The notes below the pieces were generated by a model. That model saw only the letters and a list, made by a program, of their open reading frames with translations, was not told where the DNA came from and did no database searches. This document shows positions 32,828 through 43,246 of a stretch of DNA of 64,000 bases, piece by piece. The DNA lies in the NCBI GenBank assembly GCA_035626875.1, contig DASPMV010000007.1, positions 19,848 through 83,847 on the forward strand, given 5' to 3'. A program made the translations under genes and the position numbers. Position 1 is the first letter of the stretch. Each line of letters starts with the position of its first letter. The stretch is from Noviherbaspirillum sp. Lineage in GTDB: Bacteria; Pseudomonadota; Gammaproteobacteria; Burkholderiales; Burkholderiaceae_D.

Positions 32828-32893
32828 GCACTCTTTATACGCGCCGCGGCAGGGAGCGTCTAGCCGTTTTCGGACATCAGACGGATGGTTCGC

Positions 32894-33109
32894 TCACTGC
32901 GTGGAAGCATCCTTTTCCACCTTCCGGCACAGTGCGCGAGCGCGAAAGCTGGCGCATTCTTCCCACGATCCGATCCGATGATGGCGTGACATCGCGGCCC
33001 TGCCGACGCGGTGGAAAATGCTTGTCATCCAGTCGCCAAAGGTTTCGGCAGCCTTCGTCGACGAGAGAATGGGACGATGACTGGTGCGGTAGGTAGTGCG
33101 GGTGCCCAT
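32894..33109 (-). CDS. Small hypothetical protein divergent from LysR
   Basis: AAGGAGA RBS before ATG; fills the intergenic gap; no recognisable family. Confidence 0.5.
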   Translation of the reverse strand: MGTRTTYRTSHRPILSSTKAAETFGDWMTSIFHRVGRAAMSRHHRIGSWEECASFRARALCRKVEKDASTQ

Positions 33110-33203
33110 GGAATTCTCCTTCTTTTAGTTGCTGGCATGCAGGGAGTGTAGGTGCTAATCTACGCACATTAAATCTCCGATTTTGCTTTTCATTTATGCA
33201 AAA

Positions 33204-34133
33204 ATGCACAAGCAAGTGACACAGCTTCCCGCGGCTTCCCGCCTCGATTGGGACGACCTGCGCTATGTGCTGGCCGTCGCACGCGCCGGCTCCCTCTCCG
33301 GTGCGGCGCGCGCGCTCTCCGTGATGCACTCGACGATGCTGCGCCGCATCGACGCGGTCGAGGACAAGCTGCAGGTGCGTCTGTTTGAACGCCTGCGCAA
33401 TGGCTACGTCGTGACCGAAGCCGGGGAGGCCCTGTGCCGCGTGGCCGAGCAGTGCGAACCGCTGATCGCAGAGGCGGAACTACGTATCGCCGGCGGCGAC
33501 ACCCGCCTGACGGGCAACCTGCACGTCACGACTGGCGTCGTCGTCGCGCAGTACCTGCTGCCGCGTCCGCTGGCGAGGTTTTGTGCAATGCACCCCGACA
33601 TCGAAGTGGAAGTCCAGGGTGCGCGCGAAAGGCTCGACCTGTCCCGTCGCGAAGCGGATATCGCCATCCGCATGTCGGCCGAGGTGCCCGACTACCTTGT
33701 CGGCCGCAGGCTGGGAGAGATCGATTTTCGCGTCTATGCGTGGCATGACGCACCATGGCTGCCGCGTGCCCGGAAGAAGCGCAACCTGCTCCCGATTGAC
33801 GCACTGGTGAATGAATTGCCGTGGATATGCTTCCAGCGTGGCGAACGCGACCGCGTGTACGACCGCTGGATGCATGCGATGGTGCCTGACTCTTCCGTCG
33901 CGGCGCGCGCCGATCACTTCCCTACCGCGCTCGCAATGATGCGCGCGGGGATCGGCGTCGCACTGATGCCCGGATTCATTGCGCACGAGGTGAACGGCCT
34001 CGTGCCGCTCTCGGAACCCATCGGGGAATTGCGCACGCCGCTCTGGATCCTCACGCATCCCGACCTGCGCAATTCCGCCCGTGTGCGCGCTTTCATGCAG
34101 GTGGTCGGCGACGCAATGCAGCAATTGCTGTAA
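33204..34133 (+). CDS. LysR family regulator
   Basis: LDWDDLRYVLAVARAGSLSGAAR, DLSRREADIAIR, HPDLRNSARVRAF. Confidence 0.92.
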   Translation: MHKQVTQLPAASRLDWDDLRYVLAVARAGSLSGAARALSVMHSTMLRRIDAVEDKLQVRLFERLRNGYVVTEAGEALCRVAEQCEPLIAEAELRIAGGDTRLTGNLHVTTGVVVAQYLLPRPLARFCAMHPDIEVEVQGARERLDLSRREADIAIRMSAEVPDYLVGRRLGEIDFRVYAWHDAPWLPRARKKRNLLPIDALVNELPWICFQRGERDRVYDRWMHAMVPDSSVAARADHFPTALAMMRAGIGVALMPGFIAHEVNGLVPLSEPIGELRTPLWILTHPDLRNSARVRAFMQVVGDAMQQLL

Positions 34134-34344
34134 CGCTCGCTTTACAACTTTCACCTCGGCCGGCCCATCGTAGTTTTACTACTTTCCCCCCGACACGGCA
34201 TGGGGTAATCTGGCCGGAGCCTGATTTCATCTGTGTCGTGGCAGGAGTGCATTTGTGCTCCTGGCGTCCTTGTTCCAGCTTGTTGGGCGTTGTTCACGAT
34301 GCACATGCAATGAGGATCCAGAACAACCTACAAGAGGAAGAGAC

Positions 34345-35520
34345 ATGACACGACACCACCTGATGGCGGCGCTCGCCGCGCTTTGCTGCACCACCGCACT
34401 CCACGCCAAGGACATCAAGATCGCCCACGTCTACGACAAGACCGGGGCGCTCGAAGCCTACGCCAAACAAACGCACATCGGCCTGATGATGGGCCTGGAG
34501 TACGCCACCAAAGGCACCATGACGGTGAACGGTAACAAGCTGGTGGTGATCGAGAAGGACAGCCAGGGCAAGCCAGACGTGGGCAAGGCGCAGCTTGCGT
34601 CCGCCTATGCGGACGACCGCGTCGACATCGCCGTCGGCCCCACCAGCTCGGGCGTCGCGCTGGCGATGCTGCCGGTGGCAGAGGAATACAAGAAGATCCT
34701 GCTGGTCGAGCCCGCCGTGGCCGATGCCATCACCGGCGAGAAGTGGAACCGCTACATCTTCCGCACCGGACGCAATTCCTCGCAGGACGCGATCTCCAAT
34801 GCAGTTGCGCTGGACAAGGCCGGCGTGTCGATTGCAACCATGGCGCAGGATACGGCCTTCGGCCGTGACGGCGTGAAAGCATTCAAGGAAGCGCTGAAGA
34901 ATGCCAAGCTGGTGCATGAAGAATACCTGCCGGGCAATACCACCGACTTCACCGCTGGCGCGCAACGCATGTTCGATTCGCTCAAAGGCCAGTCGGGACG
35001 CAAGGTGATCTTCGTGATCTGGGCCGGCCCGTCGCCGATCGGCAAGCTGGCTGACCTCGACCCGAAGCGCTACGGCGTGGAAGTGGCCAGCGGCGGCAAC
35101 ATCCTTCCCGCGATGGCATCCTACAAGAGCTTCCCCGGCATGGAAGGCGCGGCCTATTACTACTACGGCATCCCGAAGAACCCGGCCAACGACTGGCTGG
35201 TCGCCGAGCACCAGAAGCGCCACAACTCGCCGCCCGACTTCTTCACCGCGGGCGGCATGTCCGCTGCGATGGCGCTGGTCGAGGCGCTGAAGAAGACCAA
35301 CGGCGAGACCAAGACCGACACCCTGATCTCGGCCATGGAAGGCATGAGCTTCGACACGCCGAAGGGCAAGATGACCTTCCGCAAGGAAGACCACCAGGCG
35401 ATGCAGTCGATGTACCACTTCAAGATCAAGGTCGATCCGAAGGTCGAGTGGGGCATCCCGGAACTGGTCCGCGAGATCAAGCCGGAAGAGATGAACGTGC
35501 CGATTACGAACAAGCGCTGA
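34345..35520 (+). CDS. ABC transporter substrate-binding protein (Liv/HAAT type)
   Basis: GAGGA RBS, signal peptide, type I periplasmic binding protein pattern; heads the operon. Confidence 0.9.
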   Translation: MTRHHLMAALAALCCTTALHAKDIKIAHVYDKTGALEAYAKQTHIGLMMGLEYATKGTMTVNGNKLVVIEKDSQGKPDVGKAQLASAYADDRVDIAVGPTSSGVALAMLPVAEEYKKILLVEPAVADAITGEKWNRYIFRTGRNSSQDAISNAVALDKAGVSIATMAQDTAFGRDGVKAFKEALKNAKLVHEEYLPGNTTDFTAGAQRMFDSLKGQSGRKVIFVIWAGPSPIGKLADLDPKRYGVEVASGGNILPAMASYKSFPGMEGAAYYYYGIPKNPANDWLVAEHQKRHNSPPDFFTAGGMSAAMALVEALKKTNGETKTDTLISAMEGMSFDTPKGKMTFRKEDHQAMQSMYHFKIKVDPKVEWGIPELVREIKPEEMNVPITNKR

Positions 35521-35575
35521 TCGGTCGAATACACCACTTTCAGGCTCACCTAACGCTGAGCTGCACGCAGACTTG

Positions 35576-35691
35576 CTCCTTCCCCCTCACAGGGGGAAGG
35601 TTGGGATGGGGGTAGTGCGGTTGCACAACCGCAGGCTTCTGCTCAACCTCACTACCCCCTCCCTAACCCTCCCCTTGGCAGGGGGAGGGAA
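35576..35691. repeat. REP/REPIN-like inverted doublet of palindromic units
   Basis: CCTTCCCCCTCACAGGGGGAAGG-TTGGGATGGGGGTAGTG and an inverted copy CACTACCCCCTCCCTAA-CCCTCCCCTTGGCAGGGGGAGGG. Confidence 0.75.
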
Positions 35692-35726
35692 CCGCGATGC
35701 AGTGTGCAGTCTGCCGAGGACGACTC

Positions 35727-36515
35727 ATGTCTCTGCAATCCACGAAAAAAACCTCGCTTGAAACGCGCGACCTCACCATCCGCTTCGGCGGCCATGTCGC
35801 GGTCAACGCGGTTTCCTGCTCCTTCCAGTCCGGCACGCTCACCGCCATCGTCGGGCCCAACGGGGCCGGCAAGACGACCTACTTCAACCTCATCTCGGGC
35901 CAGCTCAAGCCAAGCGCGGGACAGGTCTTCCTGAACGGGAACGACATCACTGCAGCCTCCACGTCTGCGCGCACACACGCGGGCCTGGGACGCGCCTTCC
36001 AGCTCACCAGCCTGTTCCCCAACCTGACCGTGATGGAAAACGTGCGCCTCGCCCTGCAGTCGCGCGCGCATCTCGGGCTGGACCTGTGGAATGTGTGGAA
36101 CCATCACAAGGAACTGATCGAGCGCGCCGAGCAGGTGCTGGAAGACGTCGCACTTTCCAGCAAGCGCGACACCCCGGCGGCCGCCTTGCCGCACGGCGAC
36201 CAGCGCAAGCTGGAAGTCGGCCTGCTGATCGCCCTCGATCCCGATATTTTCATGTTCGACGAGCCGACTGCCGGCATGAGCGTGGATGAAGTCCCTGTCA
36301 TCCTCGACCTGATCCGCGGACTCAAGAAACTGACGCACAAGACCATCCTGCTGGTCGAGCACAAGATGGACGTGGTGCGCGAACTGGCGGACCGTATCAT
36401 CGTCCTGCACAACGGCACACTCATGGCGGACGGCGAGCCGGAAACGGTGATTGCATCCCCCGTGGTGCAGCAGGCATACCTGGGCATGGCGCCCGTCGAG
36501 GAGGCAGCGGCATGA
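35727..36515 (+). CDS. ABC ATP-binding protein (LivG-like)
   Basis: GPNGAGKTT, LPHGDQRKLE, DEPTAG. Confidence 0.93.
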   Translation: MSLQSTKKTSLETRDLTIRFGGHVAVNAVSCSFQSGTLTAIVGPNGAGKTTYFNLISGQLKPSAGQVFLNGNDITAASTSARTHAGLGRAFQLTSLFPNLTVMENVRLALQSRAHLGLDLWNVWNHHKELIERAEQVLEDVALSSKRDTPAAALPHGDQRKLEVGLLIALDPDIFMFDEPTAGMSVDEVPVILDLIRGLKKLTHKTILLVEHKMDVVRELADRIIVLHNGTLMADGEPETVIASPVVQQAYLGMAPVEEAAA

Positions 36516-37249
36516 CGCAGACATTGTTGAAACTCGACGGTGTGCATACCCATATCGGCGCCTATCACATCCTGCACGGCGTCGACCTCGACGTGCCGCG
36601 CGGCCAGCTCACCATGCTGCTCGGCCGCAATGGGGCGGGAAAGACGACGACGCTGCGCACCATCATGGGCCTGTGGCAAGCGTCGCAGGGCCGCATCACC
36701 TTCGATGGCCAGGACATTACGAAACGCAGCACGCCGGACATCGCCCAATCGGGCATCGCCTATGTGCCGGAAAACATGGGCATCTTCGGCGACCTGACAG
36801 TGAAGGAAAACATGCTGCTCGCTGCGCGCAGCGCCGGACGCATCGAACAGGTGGACGAGAAGCGGCTGGACTGGATCTTCGGCCTGTTCCCGGCGATGAA
36901 GAAGTTCTGGCTGCATCCGGCGGGCAAGCTATCCGGTGGGCAGAAGCAGATGCTGGCGGTGTCACGCGCGATTGTCGAGCCGCGCAAGCTGCTGCTGATC
37001 GACGAGCCCAGCAAGGGCCTTGCCCCGGCGATCATCGCCAACATGATTTCGGCGTTTCGCGAACTGAAGCAGACTGACACCACGATTTTGCTGGTGGAAC
37101 AAAACTTTAATTTCGCGAAGCAGCTCGGGGACACCGTGGCCGTCATGGATGATGGCCGCATCGTGCACCGGGGCTCCATGCAGGAACTCGCAGAAGACGA
37201 GGCGCTGCAGACGAAGCTGCTCGGCCTGTCGCTGGCCGCGCATCACTGA
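36512..37249 (+). CDS. ABC ATP-binding protein (LivF-like)
   Basis: GRNGAGKTT, LSGGQKQML, DEPSKGLAP. Confidence 0.93.
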   Translation: MTQTLLKLDGVHTHIGAYHILHGVDLDVPRGQLTMLLGRNGAGKTTTLRTIMGLWQASQGRITFDGQDITKRSTPDIAQSGIAYVPENMGIFGDLTVKENMLLAARSAGRIEQVDEKRLDWIFGLFPAMKKFWLHPAGKLSGGQKQMLAVSRAIVEPRKLLLIDEPSKGLAPAIIANMISAFRELKQTDTTILLVEQNFNFAKQLGDTVAVMDDGRIVHRGSMQELAEDEALQTKLLGLSLAAHH

Positions 37250-37275
37250 CGCGCGCATCAAGGAGGAAGCAGGAA

Positions 37276-38304
37276 ATGGAACGGACAAGCACACTGCCGG
37301 CGGCACAAGCCGGCGGCCCACGTCTCTATACGCAAATAGACTGGGCACCTCTGGCGTTGGTACCCGCACTGGCACTGGCCGCATTGCCGCTCATCGGCTC
37401 ATCGTCGACGTGGATCACACTCACGGCTGCAGGACTGGCAATGGGAATGATCATCTTCATCATCGCCTCCGGCCTGACGCTGATCTTCGGGTTGATGGAC
37501 GTGCTCAACTTCGGCCACGGCGTCTTCATTGCGCTCGGCGCCTTCATGGCGGTAACCGTGCTCGGCATGATGCCAGGATGGATGGGCTCCGAGAACATCG
37601 GCCTCAACCTCGCCGCAATTGCCGTGGCGATGGTCGGGGCGATGGTCGTGGCGGGCGCCATCGGCCTGTTCTTTGAGCGTGTGATCGTGCGACGCGTGTA
37701 CGGCCAGCATTTGAAGCAGATCCTGATCACCATGGGCGGCATGGTGGTCGGTGAAGAATTGATCAAGGTGTTCTGGGGACCGCAGCAGATCGCATTGAAC
37801 CTGCCTGCCTCGCTGCGCGGCGCGATCCTGTTCGGCGACTCGGCCATCGAAAAATACCGTCTCCTCGCCGTAGTGGTCGGGCTTGCCGTCTTCGTGGCGA
37901 TGATGATCGTGCTCAACCGCACCAAGCTCGGGCTGCTGATCCGTGCCGGCGTGCAGGACCGCGAGATGGTCGAGAGCCTGGGCTACCGCATCAAGCGTTT
38001 GTTCGTCGGCGTGTTCGTCGCCGGCTCCGCACTGGCCGGCCTCGGCGGCGTGATGTGGGGGCTGTACCAGCAGAGCGTGATCCCGCAGATGGGCGCGCAC
38101 GTGAACGTGCTGATCTTCATTGTCATCATCATCGGCGGTCTCGGCTCCACCGGCGGCTGCTTCCTCGGCGCATTGCTGGTCGGCCTGCTGGCGAACTACA
38201 CCGGCTTCCTGGCACCGAAGGTGGCCCTGTTCTCCAACATCCTCCTGATGGTCGCCATCCTGCTGTGGCGCCCGCAAGGCCTTTACCAGGTGACGAACAG
38301 GTAA
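37276..38304 (+). CDS. ABC permease (LivH-like)
   Basis: GLTLIFGLMDVLNFGHG, IIGGLGS, RPQGL. Confidence 0.92.
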   Translation: MERTSTLPAAQAGGPRLYTQIDWAPLALVPALALAALPLIGSSSTWITLTAAGLAMGMIIFIIASGLTLIFGLMDVLNFGHGVFIALGAFMAVTVLGMMPGWMGSENIGLNLAAIAVAMVGAMVVAGAIGLFFERVIVRRVYGQHLKQILITMGGMVVGEELIKVFWGPQQIALNLPASLRGAILFGDSAIEKYRLLAVVVGLAVFVAMMIVLNRTKLGLLIRAGVQDREMVESLGYRIKRLFVGVFVAGSALAGLGGVMWGLYQQSVIPQMGAHVNVLIFIVIIIGGLGSTGGCFLGALLVGLLANYTGFLAPKVALFSNILLMVAILLWRPQGLYQVTNR

Positions 38305-38309
38305 TCGCG

Positions 38310-39374
38310 ATGCTCAAACAACTCCTTTCCCACGACCTGCCGCGCAACAAGCTGTTGACTGCGGTGCTGCTCGTCATCCTGTTCGGCCTGGCGTTTGCCC
38401 CTTTCCTCTTTCCCGGCGCGAAGGCGCTGAACGTGGCGGCGAAGATCCTGATCTTCATCGTGCTGGTCGCCAGCTACGACCTGCTGCTTGGCTATACCGG
38501 CATTGTGTCCTTTGCGCACACGATGTTCTTCGGCATCGGCGCGTACGGCATCGCCATTGCGAGCACGCGCATGGGGCCGGGCTGGGGCAGCCTGCTGGTC
38601 GGTGCGCTGTGCGCCGTCGTGCTGTCGCTGGTGCTGTCGCTGATCATCGGCCTGTTCTCGCTGCGGGTGCGCGCGATCTTCTACGCGATGATCACGCTGG
38701 CGGTGGCGTCCGCCTTCCAGACGCTGGCGTCCCAGCTGTCACAGTTCACCGGTGGTGAAGACGGCCTGAACTTCAAGCTGCCCGAACTGCTCTCGCCTGC
38801 CTTCCAGCTCGCCGAGGAGCAGGTGCTGGGCGCCTGGCTGGACGGCAAGTTCATCACGTATTACATCCTGTTCTTCACGACCGTGCTGCTGTTCCTGGCC
38901 ATGCTGCGGATCGTGAATTCGCCCTTCGGCCGCGTGCTGCAGGCTATCCGGGAGAACGACTTCCGTGCCGAGGCGATCGGATACAAGATCGTCGTCTTCC
39001 GCACCTTATCGAACGTGCTGGCCGCGATTTTCGCGACACTGGCCGGATGCATGCTCGCAATCTGGCTGCGCTACAACGGGCCCGACACCTCGCTGTCCTT
39101 CGAGATCATGGTGGATATCCTCCTGATCGTGGTCATCGGCGGCATGGGTACGATGTACGGCGCGATCTGCGGTTCGGCCATCTTCCTGCTGGCGCAGAAT
39201 TACCTGCAGGACCTGATGCGGATTGCGGCAGGAGCGGCACAAAACCTGCCGCTGCTGCCCGCCCTGCTGTCGCCGGACCGCTGGCTGTTGTGGCTGGGCA
39301 TCCTGTTCATCCTGTCGGTGTATTTCTTCCCGACGGGCATCGTCGGCAAACTGCGTACCTGGGGGGCAAAATGA
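38310..39374 (+). CDS. ABC permease (LivM-like)
   Basis: LLLGYTGIVSFAH, TGGEDG, SPFGRVLQAIREN. Confidence 0.92.
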   Translation: MLKQLLSHDLPRNKLLTAVLLVILFGLAFAPFLFPGAKALNVAAKILIFIVLVASYDLLLGYTGIVSFAHTMFFGIGAYGIAIASTRMGPGWGSLLVGALCAVVLSLVLSLIIGLFSLRVRAIFYAMITLAVASAFQTLASQLSQFTGGEDGLNFKLPELLSPAFQLAEEQVLGAWLDGKFITYYILFFTTVLLFLAMLRIVNSPFGRVLQAIRENDFRAEAIGYKIVVFRTLSNVLAAIFATLAGCMLAIWLRYNGPDTSLSFEIMVDILLIVVIGGMGTMYGAICGSAIFLLAQNYLQDLMRIAAGAAQNLPLLPALLSPDRWLLWLGILFILSVYFFPTGIVGKLRTWGAK

Positions 39375-40207
39375 CACCTGCTTCGCATTACATCCGCTGC
39401 TGCGAGCGCGAGATCCATTACGTCGAATGGGGCAGCAAGGCCGCGCCGCCGCTCATCATGTGGCATGGGCTGGCACGCACGGGTCGGGATTTCGACGATC
39501 TTGCCGAAGCGCTCTCCGGCACCTACCGCATCATCTGTCCCGACACGCTGGGGCGCGGGCTGTCGCAGTGGAGTCCGGATCCGGACAAGGAATACTGCCT
39601 CGCCTTCTATGCGCGCCTGGCGGCGTCGCTGGTGGACCAGCTGGGATTCGACAAGGTGCGGTGGGTGGGCACCTCGATGGGCGGCGCCATCGGCACCGTG
39701 GCGGGCGCGACGACGTTGAAAGACCGTATCAGCCATCTTGTCCTGAACGATAACGGTCCTTCGCTAGCCAGCGCGGCGATCGAGCGCATCAAGGCCTATG
39801 CGGGCAACCCGCCGCAATTCGATACCGTCAGCGAGCTGGAGAATTTCTTCCGCATCGTCTACAAGCCGTATGGATGGCAGAGCGATGCGCAGTGGCGGCG
39901 CATGACGGAGACGTCGACCCGGCGCTTGCCGAACGGTAAAGTCACGCCGCATTACGATCCCGCAATGGTGCGTCAGTTCATTGTCCATCCGGACGACTAC
40001 GACCTGTGGGACGAATACGACGCGCTCGACATGCCGACGCTGGTGCTGCGCGGGGTCGATTCGGACCTGCTGCTGCAGGAGACGGCGGACGAAATGACGC
40101 GCCGCGGCCCGCGCGCCCGGCTTGCCGTCATTCCCGGCTGCGGCCATGCACCGGCACTGAACGTGCCGGATCAGATCGAACTGGTGCGCGGCTTCCTGGC
40201 CGGCTGA
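39371..40207 (+). CDS. Alpha/beta hydrolase
   Basis: HGLAR, GTSMGG nucleophile elbow, GCGHAP; ATGA overlap with the permease. Confidence 0.9.
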   Translation: MTPASHYIRCCEREIHYVEWGSKAAPPLIMWHGLARTGRDFDDLAEALSGTYRIICPDTLGRGLSQWSPDPDKEYCLAFYARLAASLVDQLGFDKVRWVGTSMGGAIGTVAGATTLKDRISHLVLNDNGPSLASAAIERIKAYAGNPPQFDTVSELENFFRIVYKPYGWQSDAQWRRMTETSTRRLPNGKVTPHYDPAMVRQFIVHPDDYDLWDEYDALDMPTLVLRGVDSDLLLQETADEMTRRGPRARLAVIPGCGHAPALNVPDQIELVRGFLAG

Positions 40208-40208
40208 T

Positions 40209-40571
40209 TCATTTCGCCATGAAATGCGCAGCCAGTGCCAGTGCGGCGGGCACGGTTTGCACATACAGGATGCGCTTCTGGACCGTCACCGCGCCCCAGA
40301 TCCCGGCGACGGCCACGCAAAGCAGTCCGAACACCGCGAACGCACTGGCGATGGCTGGATCAGGGTGCAGCAAGGCCACGGCCAGGGCGGCGGCGAGGAA
40401 GCCGTTGTAACATCCCTGGTTGGACATGGCCGGGGCCATCATCTCGACCTGTTCCCTGCTCAATCCGAATACCTTGCGCCCGCGCGTGCGGAACATGATC
40501 GTTTCGAGCAGGACAATGTAGACGTGAATGAGCATGACAAGGACGGTCAGTATCTCGGCGGTCAGCAGCAT
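40209..40571 (-). CDS. DUF1304 membrane protein
   Basis: HVYIVLLE, NQGCYNGFLA, YVQTVPA. Confidence 0.85.
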   Translation of the reverse strand: MLLTAEILTVLVMLIHVYIVLLETIMFRTRGRKVFGLSREQVEMMAPAMSNQGCYNGFLAAALAVALLHPDPAIASAFAVFGLLCVAVAGIWGAVTVQKRILYVQTVPAALALAAHFMAK

Positions 40572-40607
40572 GGATTCCCCCTTGAAGTCTGTTTCCACAT
40601 GTATACC

Positions 40608-41315
40608 ATGGGACGAATAGAGACATCCGTCTACTCCACACGCGACCTGTGCCGCTTCGTGCAGGACGCGTTGCGCAAACGCGCGGACCCGGCCAAGGCG
40701 GTGCAGATGGCTGCCTACATGAAGACGGACATGCCATTCTACGGGGTGCAGAAGCCGGATCGCGACCCGATATACAGAACACTGCAGTCAACCTTCGTTC
40801 CCGGCTCGCTGAAGGCGTATGCGGACAGCGTCGCCGCGCTCTGGGAATTGCCGCACCGTGAGGAAAAGTACGCAGCCATCGAGTTCGCTATTCGGCACAG
40901 GAAGTTCATCACGCTTGAAGCGATGCCGCTCTATGAACGGCTGATCCGCGAAGGCGCATGGTGGGACCTGGTCGATCCCGTCGCCACCGTCCTGGTCGGG
41001 CGCGTGCTGATCGATCACCGCGTCGAAGCCGGCGGCATCTTGGAGCAATGGGTCGGCGACGGCGACATGTGGATCCGCCGCGCCGCCATCCTCGCCCATC
41101 TCAAGCACAAGGACAAGACCGACGTGCGGCAATTGTTCGCGCACTGTCTCAGGCTGTCCGGCGAGAAGGAATTCTTCATCCGCAAGGCGATCGGCTGGGC
41201 GCTGCGCGAGTACGCGAAGACGGCACCCGTCGCCGTGTCCGCATTCCTGCGCACGCACCGTGATGCCCTGTCACCGCTCAGCCTGCGCGAGGCGTCGAAA
41301 CACCTGCCCGCCTGA
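40608..41315 (+). CDS. DNA alkylation repair protein (AlkD-like)
   Basis: MAAYMK..FYGV, WWDLVD, EFFIRKAIGWALREYAK; start uncertain. Confidence 0.88.
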   Translation: MGRIETSVYSTRDLCRFVQDALRKRADPAKAVQMAAYMKTDMPFYGVQKPDRDPIYRTLQSTFVPGSLKAYADSVAALWELPHREEKYAAIEFAIRHRKFITLEAMPLYERLIREGAWWDLVDPVATVLVGRVLIDHRVEAGGILEQWVGDGDMWIRRAAILAHLKHKDKTDVRQLFAHCLRLSGEKEFFIRKAIGWALREYAKTAPVAVSAFLRTHRDALSPLSLREASKHLPA

Positions 41316-41319
41316 CCGC

Positions 41320-42918
41320 TCAGGCACCCTGCAAGCCTTGTCGTCCTCGCGGCTCCCTGGCGAACTTCACGTTCGCGCGTCCGCTATTCTTCGCCTCGTA
41401 CATCGCCAGGTCCGCACTCCGGGTCAGCGATTTCGCATCGTTGCCATCCTGGGGATAGAGAGCCGCGCCGATACTGGCAGAGATGTCGAAGGTATGGCCG
41501 GCGATGTGGTAGGGCATGGTCAGGCGTTGCAAGACCTTGTTCGCAACCACCTCGACGTCTCGCTCCCCTTCCACTTCGGGCAGCAGGGCAACGAACTCAT
41601 CGCCGCCCAGGCGCGAGGCGGTATCGGACTCGCGTACGCAGCCGCGCAGGCGCAGCGCCACTTCCTTCAGGAGCAAATCGCCGTAGCCATGTCCGTAGTT
41701 GTCATTGACCGGCTTGAACTTGTCGAGGTCGATGAAAAGGAGTGCCACGTGGCCGCCATGCCGCTTCGCGGTGACCAGCGCCTGTTGCAGGCGTTCGTCG
41801 AGGAGCTTGCGATTGGGCAAGCCGGTCAGCGGGTCGTACAAGGCAAGTTGCATCGCTTGGTTGGCTGCATGCAGGGCACGTGCCCTGTCGTCCAGGAAGA
41901 TCCACAGCAACAGGGCGAGCAACATGCTGATGCTGATTCCCGCCTGCAATACGAGCTGTGTCCTTCCTGACTCGATCCGGTGCTCAAAGACGGGAAGGGC
42001 AGCGATTGCGACATTCCATTCGTGGTTGGCCGCTTCGACACGCGTTACCGCCCGGTAGCGGAAATCGGGCGACAATGCCTGCGCGTCGGGCCGGGCGTCA
42101 AACATCCGCGCCGCCTCATCCAACTTTCCGTTGTCGTAAATTTCGATATCGACGTCGATGCCGAGATTGTCGAACAGGCCTCGCATGAAGTCGCCCGTGC
42201 GAAAAGGCGCATATACCCACCCGACCAGGTTCGTGCGCCGCTGCTCCGGCAGTTCATAGGGCGAATCGTCTTCGTAGACCGGCACGTACATGAGAAAGCC
42301 GGCCTGCACTTCGCGGCTGCCCTCCTGCACCAGCGTCACCTTGCCCGACAGCGCGGCCGCTCCGGTATCGCGCGCCTTGTCCATCGCCGCCCGCCGCACC
42401 GGGTCGGAATACATGTCGAAGCCGAAGGCGCGCAGGTTGCGTCCGGCGAATGGCTCGAGATAGACGATGGCCGAATAGATGTCACGTTCGCCTTCCGGGC
42501 GGATCGTGTAATCCGAGAAGCCCTCGCTGCGCACCGCCGCAATGTGTCGCGCCTTCTCCGCGGCGGGAATGTAGGAAGCGAAGCCGATACCCTGGATCCC
42601 CGGATAGTTTTCCGTCAGGTTCAGCGTATCCACGTAGGTACGGAACATGCCACGGGTCACCTCGCCCCTGACGACGAACAGGCCTCTGGTGGCACGCAAG
42701 ACCTGCTCGTAGATCATGAGCCGCTGGCGAATCACTTCCCTTACGTCGCGGACGCGGTAGTCAAATTCGTTCTGCACGATTTGTCCCACGTTGTTGCGCG
42801 CGTTCTCCCACAGCTTGTACGTCACGAGCAGCGAAGCAATGAACACCAGGGCGGTCAGAACGTCGCGCGCGCGGATGAGCTCGGGAATGCGCTCCCCGCG
42901 CTCTTCCACTTGCATCAT
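41320..42918 (-). CDS. CHASE-domain diguanylate cyclase
   Basis: Periplasmic CHASE (YLEP..RNLRAFGFDM), YDPLTGLPNR, RESD I-site, RLGGDEF. Confidence 0.93.
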   Translation of the reverse strand: MMQVEERGERIPELIRARDVLTALVFIASLLVTYKLWENARNNVGQIVQNEFDYRVRDVREVIRQRLMIYEQVLRATRGLFVVRGEVTRGMFRTYVDTLNLTENYPGIQGIGFASYIPAAEKARHIAAVRSEGFSDYTIRPEGERDIYSAIVYLEPFAGRNLRAFGFDMYSDPVRRAAMDKARDTGAAALSGKVTLVQEGSREVQAGFLMYVPVYEDDSPYELPEQRRTNLVGWVYAPFRTGDFMRGLFDNLGIDVDIEIYDNGKLDEAARMFDARPDAQALSPDFRYRAVTRVEAANHEWNVAIAALPVFEHRIESGRTQLVLQAGISISMLLALLLWIFLDDRARALHAANQAMQLALYDPLTGLPNRKLLDERLQQALVTAKRHGGHVALLFIDLDKFKPVNDNYGHGYGDLLLKEVALRLRGCVRESDTASRLGGDEFVALLPEVEGERDVEVVANKVLQRLTMPYHIAGHTFDISASIGAALYPQDGNDAKSLTRSADLAMYEAKNSGRANVKFAREPRGRQGLQGA

Positions 42919-43246
42919 GTCGCCCTCCCTGACGGGCCGTGTCGCCTGGACAGTTTCCCCCCCATCATCACCCGCCGGAGAAGCCCGCCTGATGCCAAGA
43001 CCGCCATTCCCTGTGCACGATACACTCGCGTTTCCTTGTCATTGATTTGTTACGCTATTCAAAAGATTTAAGACAAGAAAGCGCGCCAAGGGTTTTTGAC
43101 CCTTCACAAAACTTGTTCCGCGATGTATGGCCGCACGGCAATTGAAAGACCGGTGCGCCTGCCTGGCCCGGTAAAACCGGCGGTCCACATGCTTTTTCGC
43201 TTTGCGCTACACTCGTTTGTTCCCTCCAGTCATCCGTGAGCACGCC

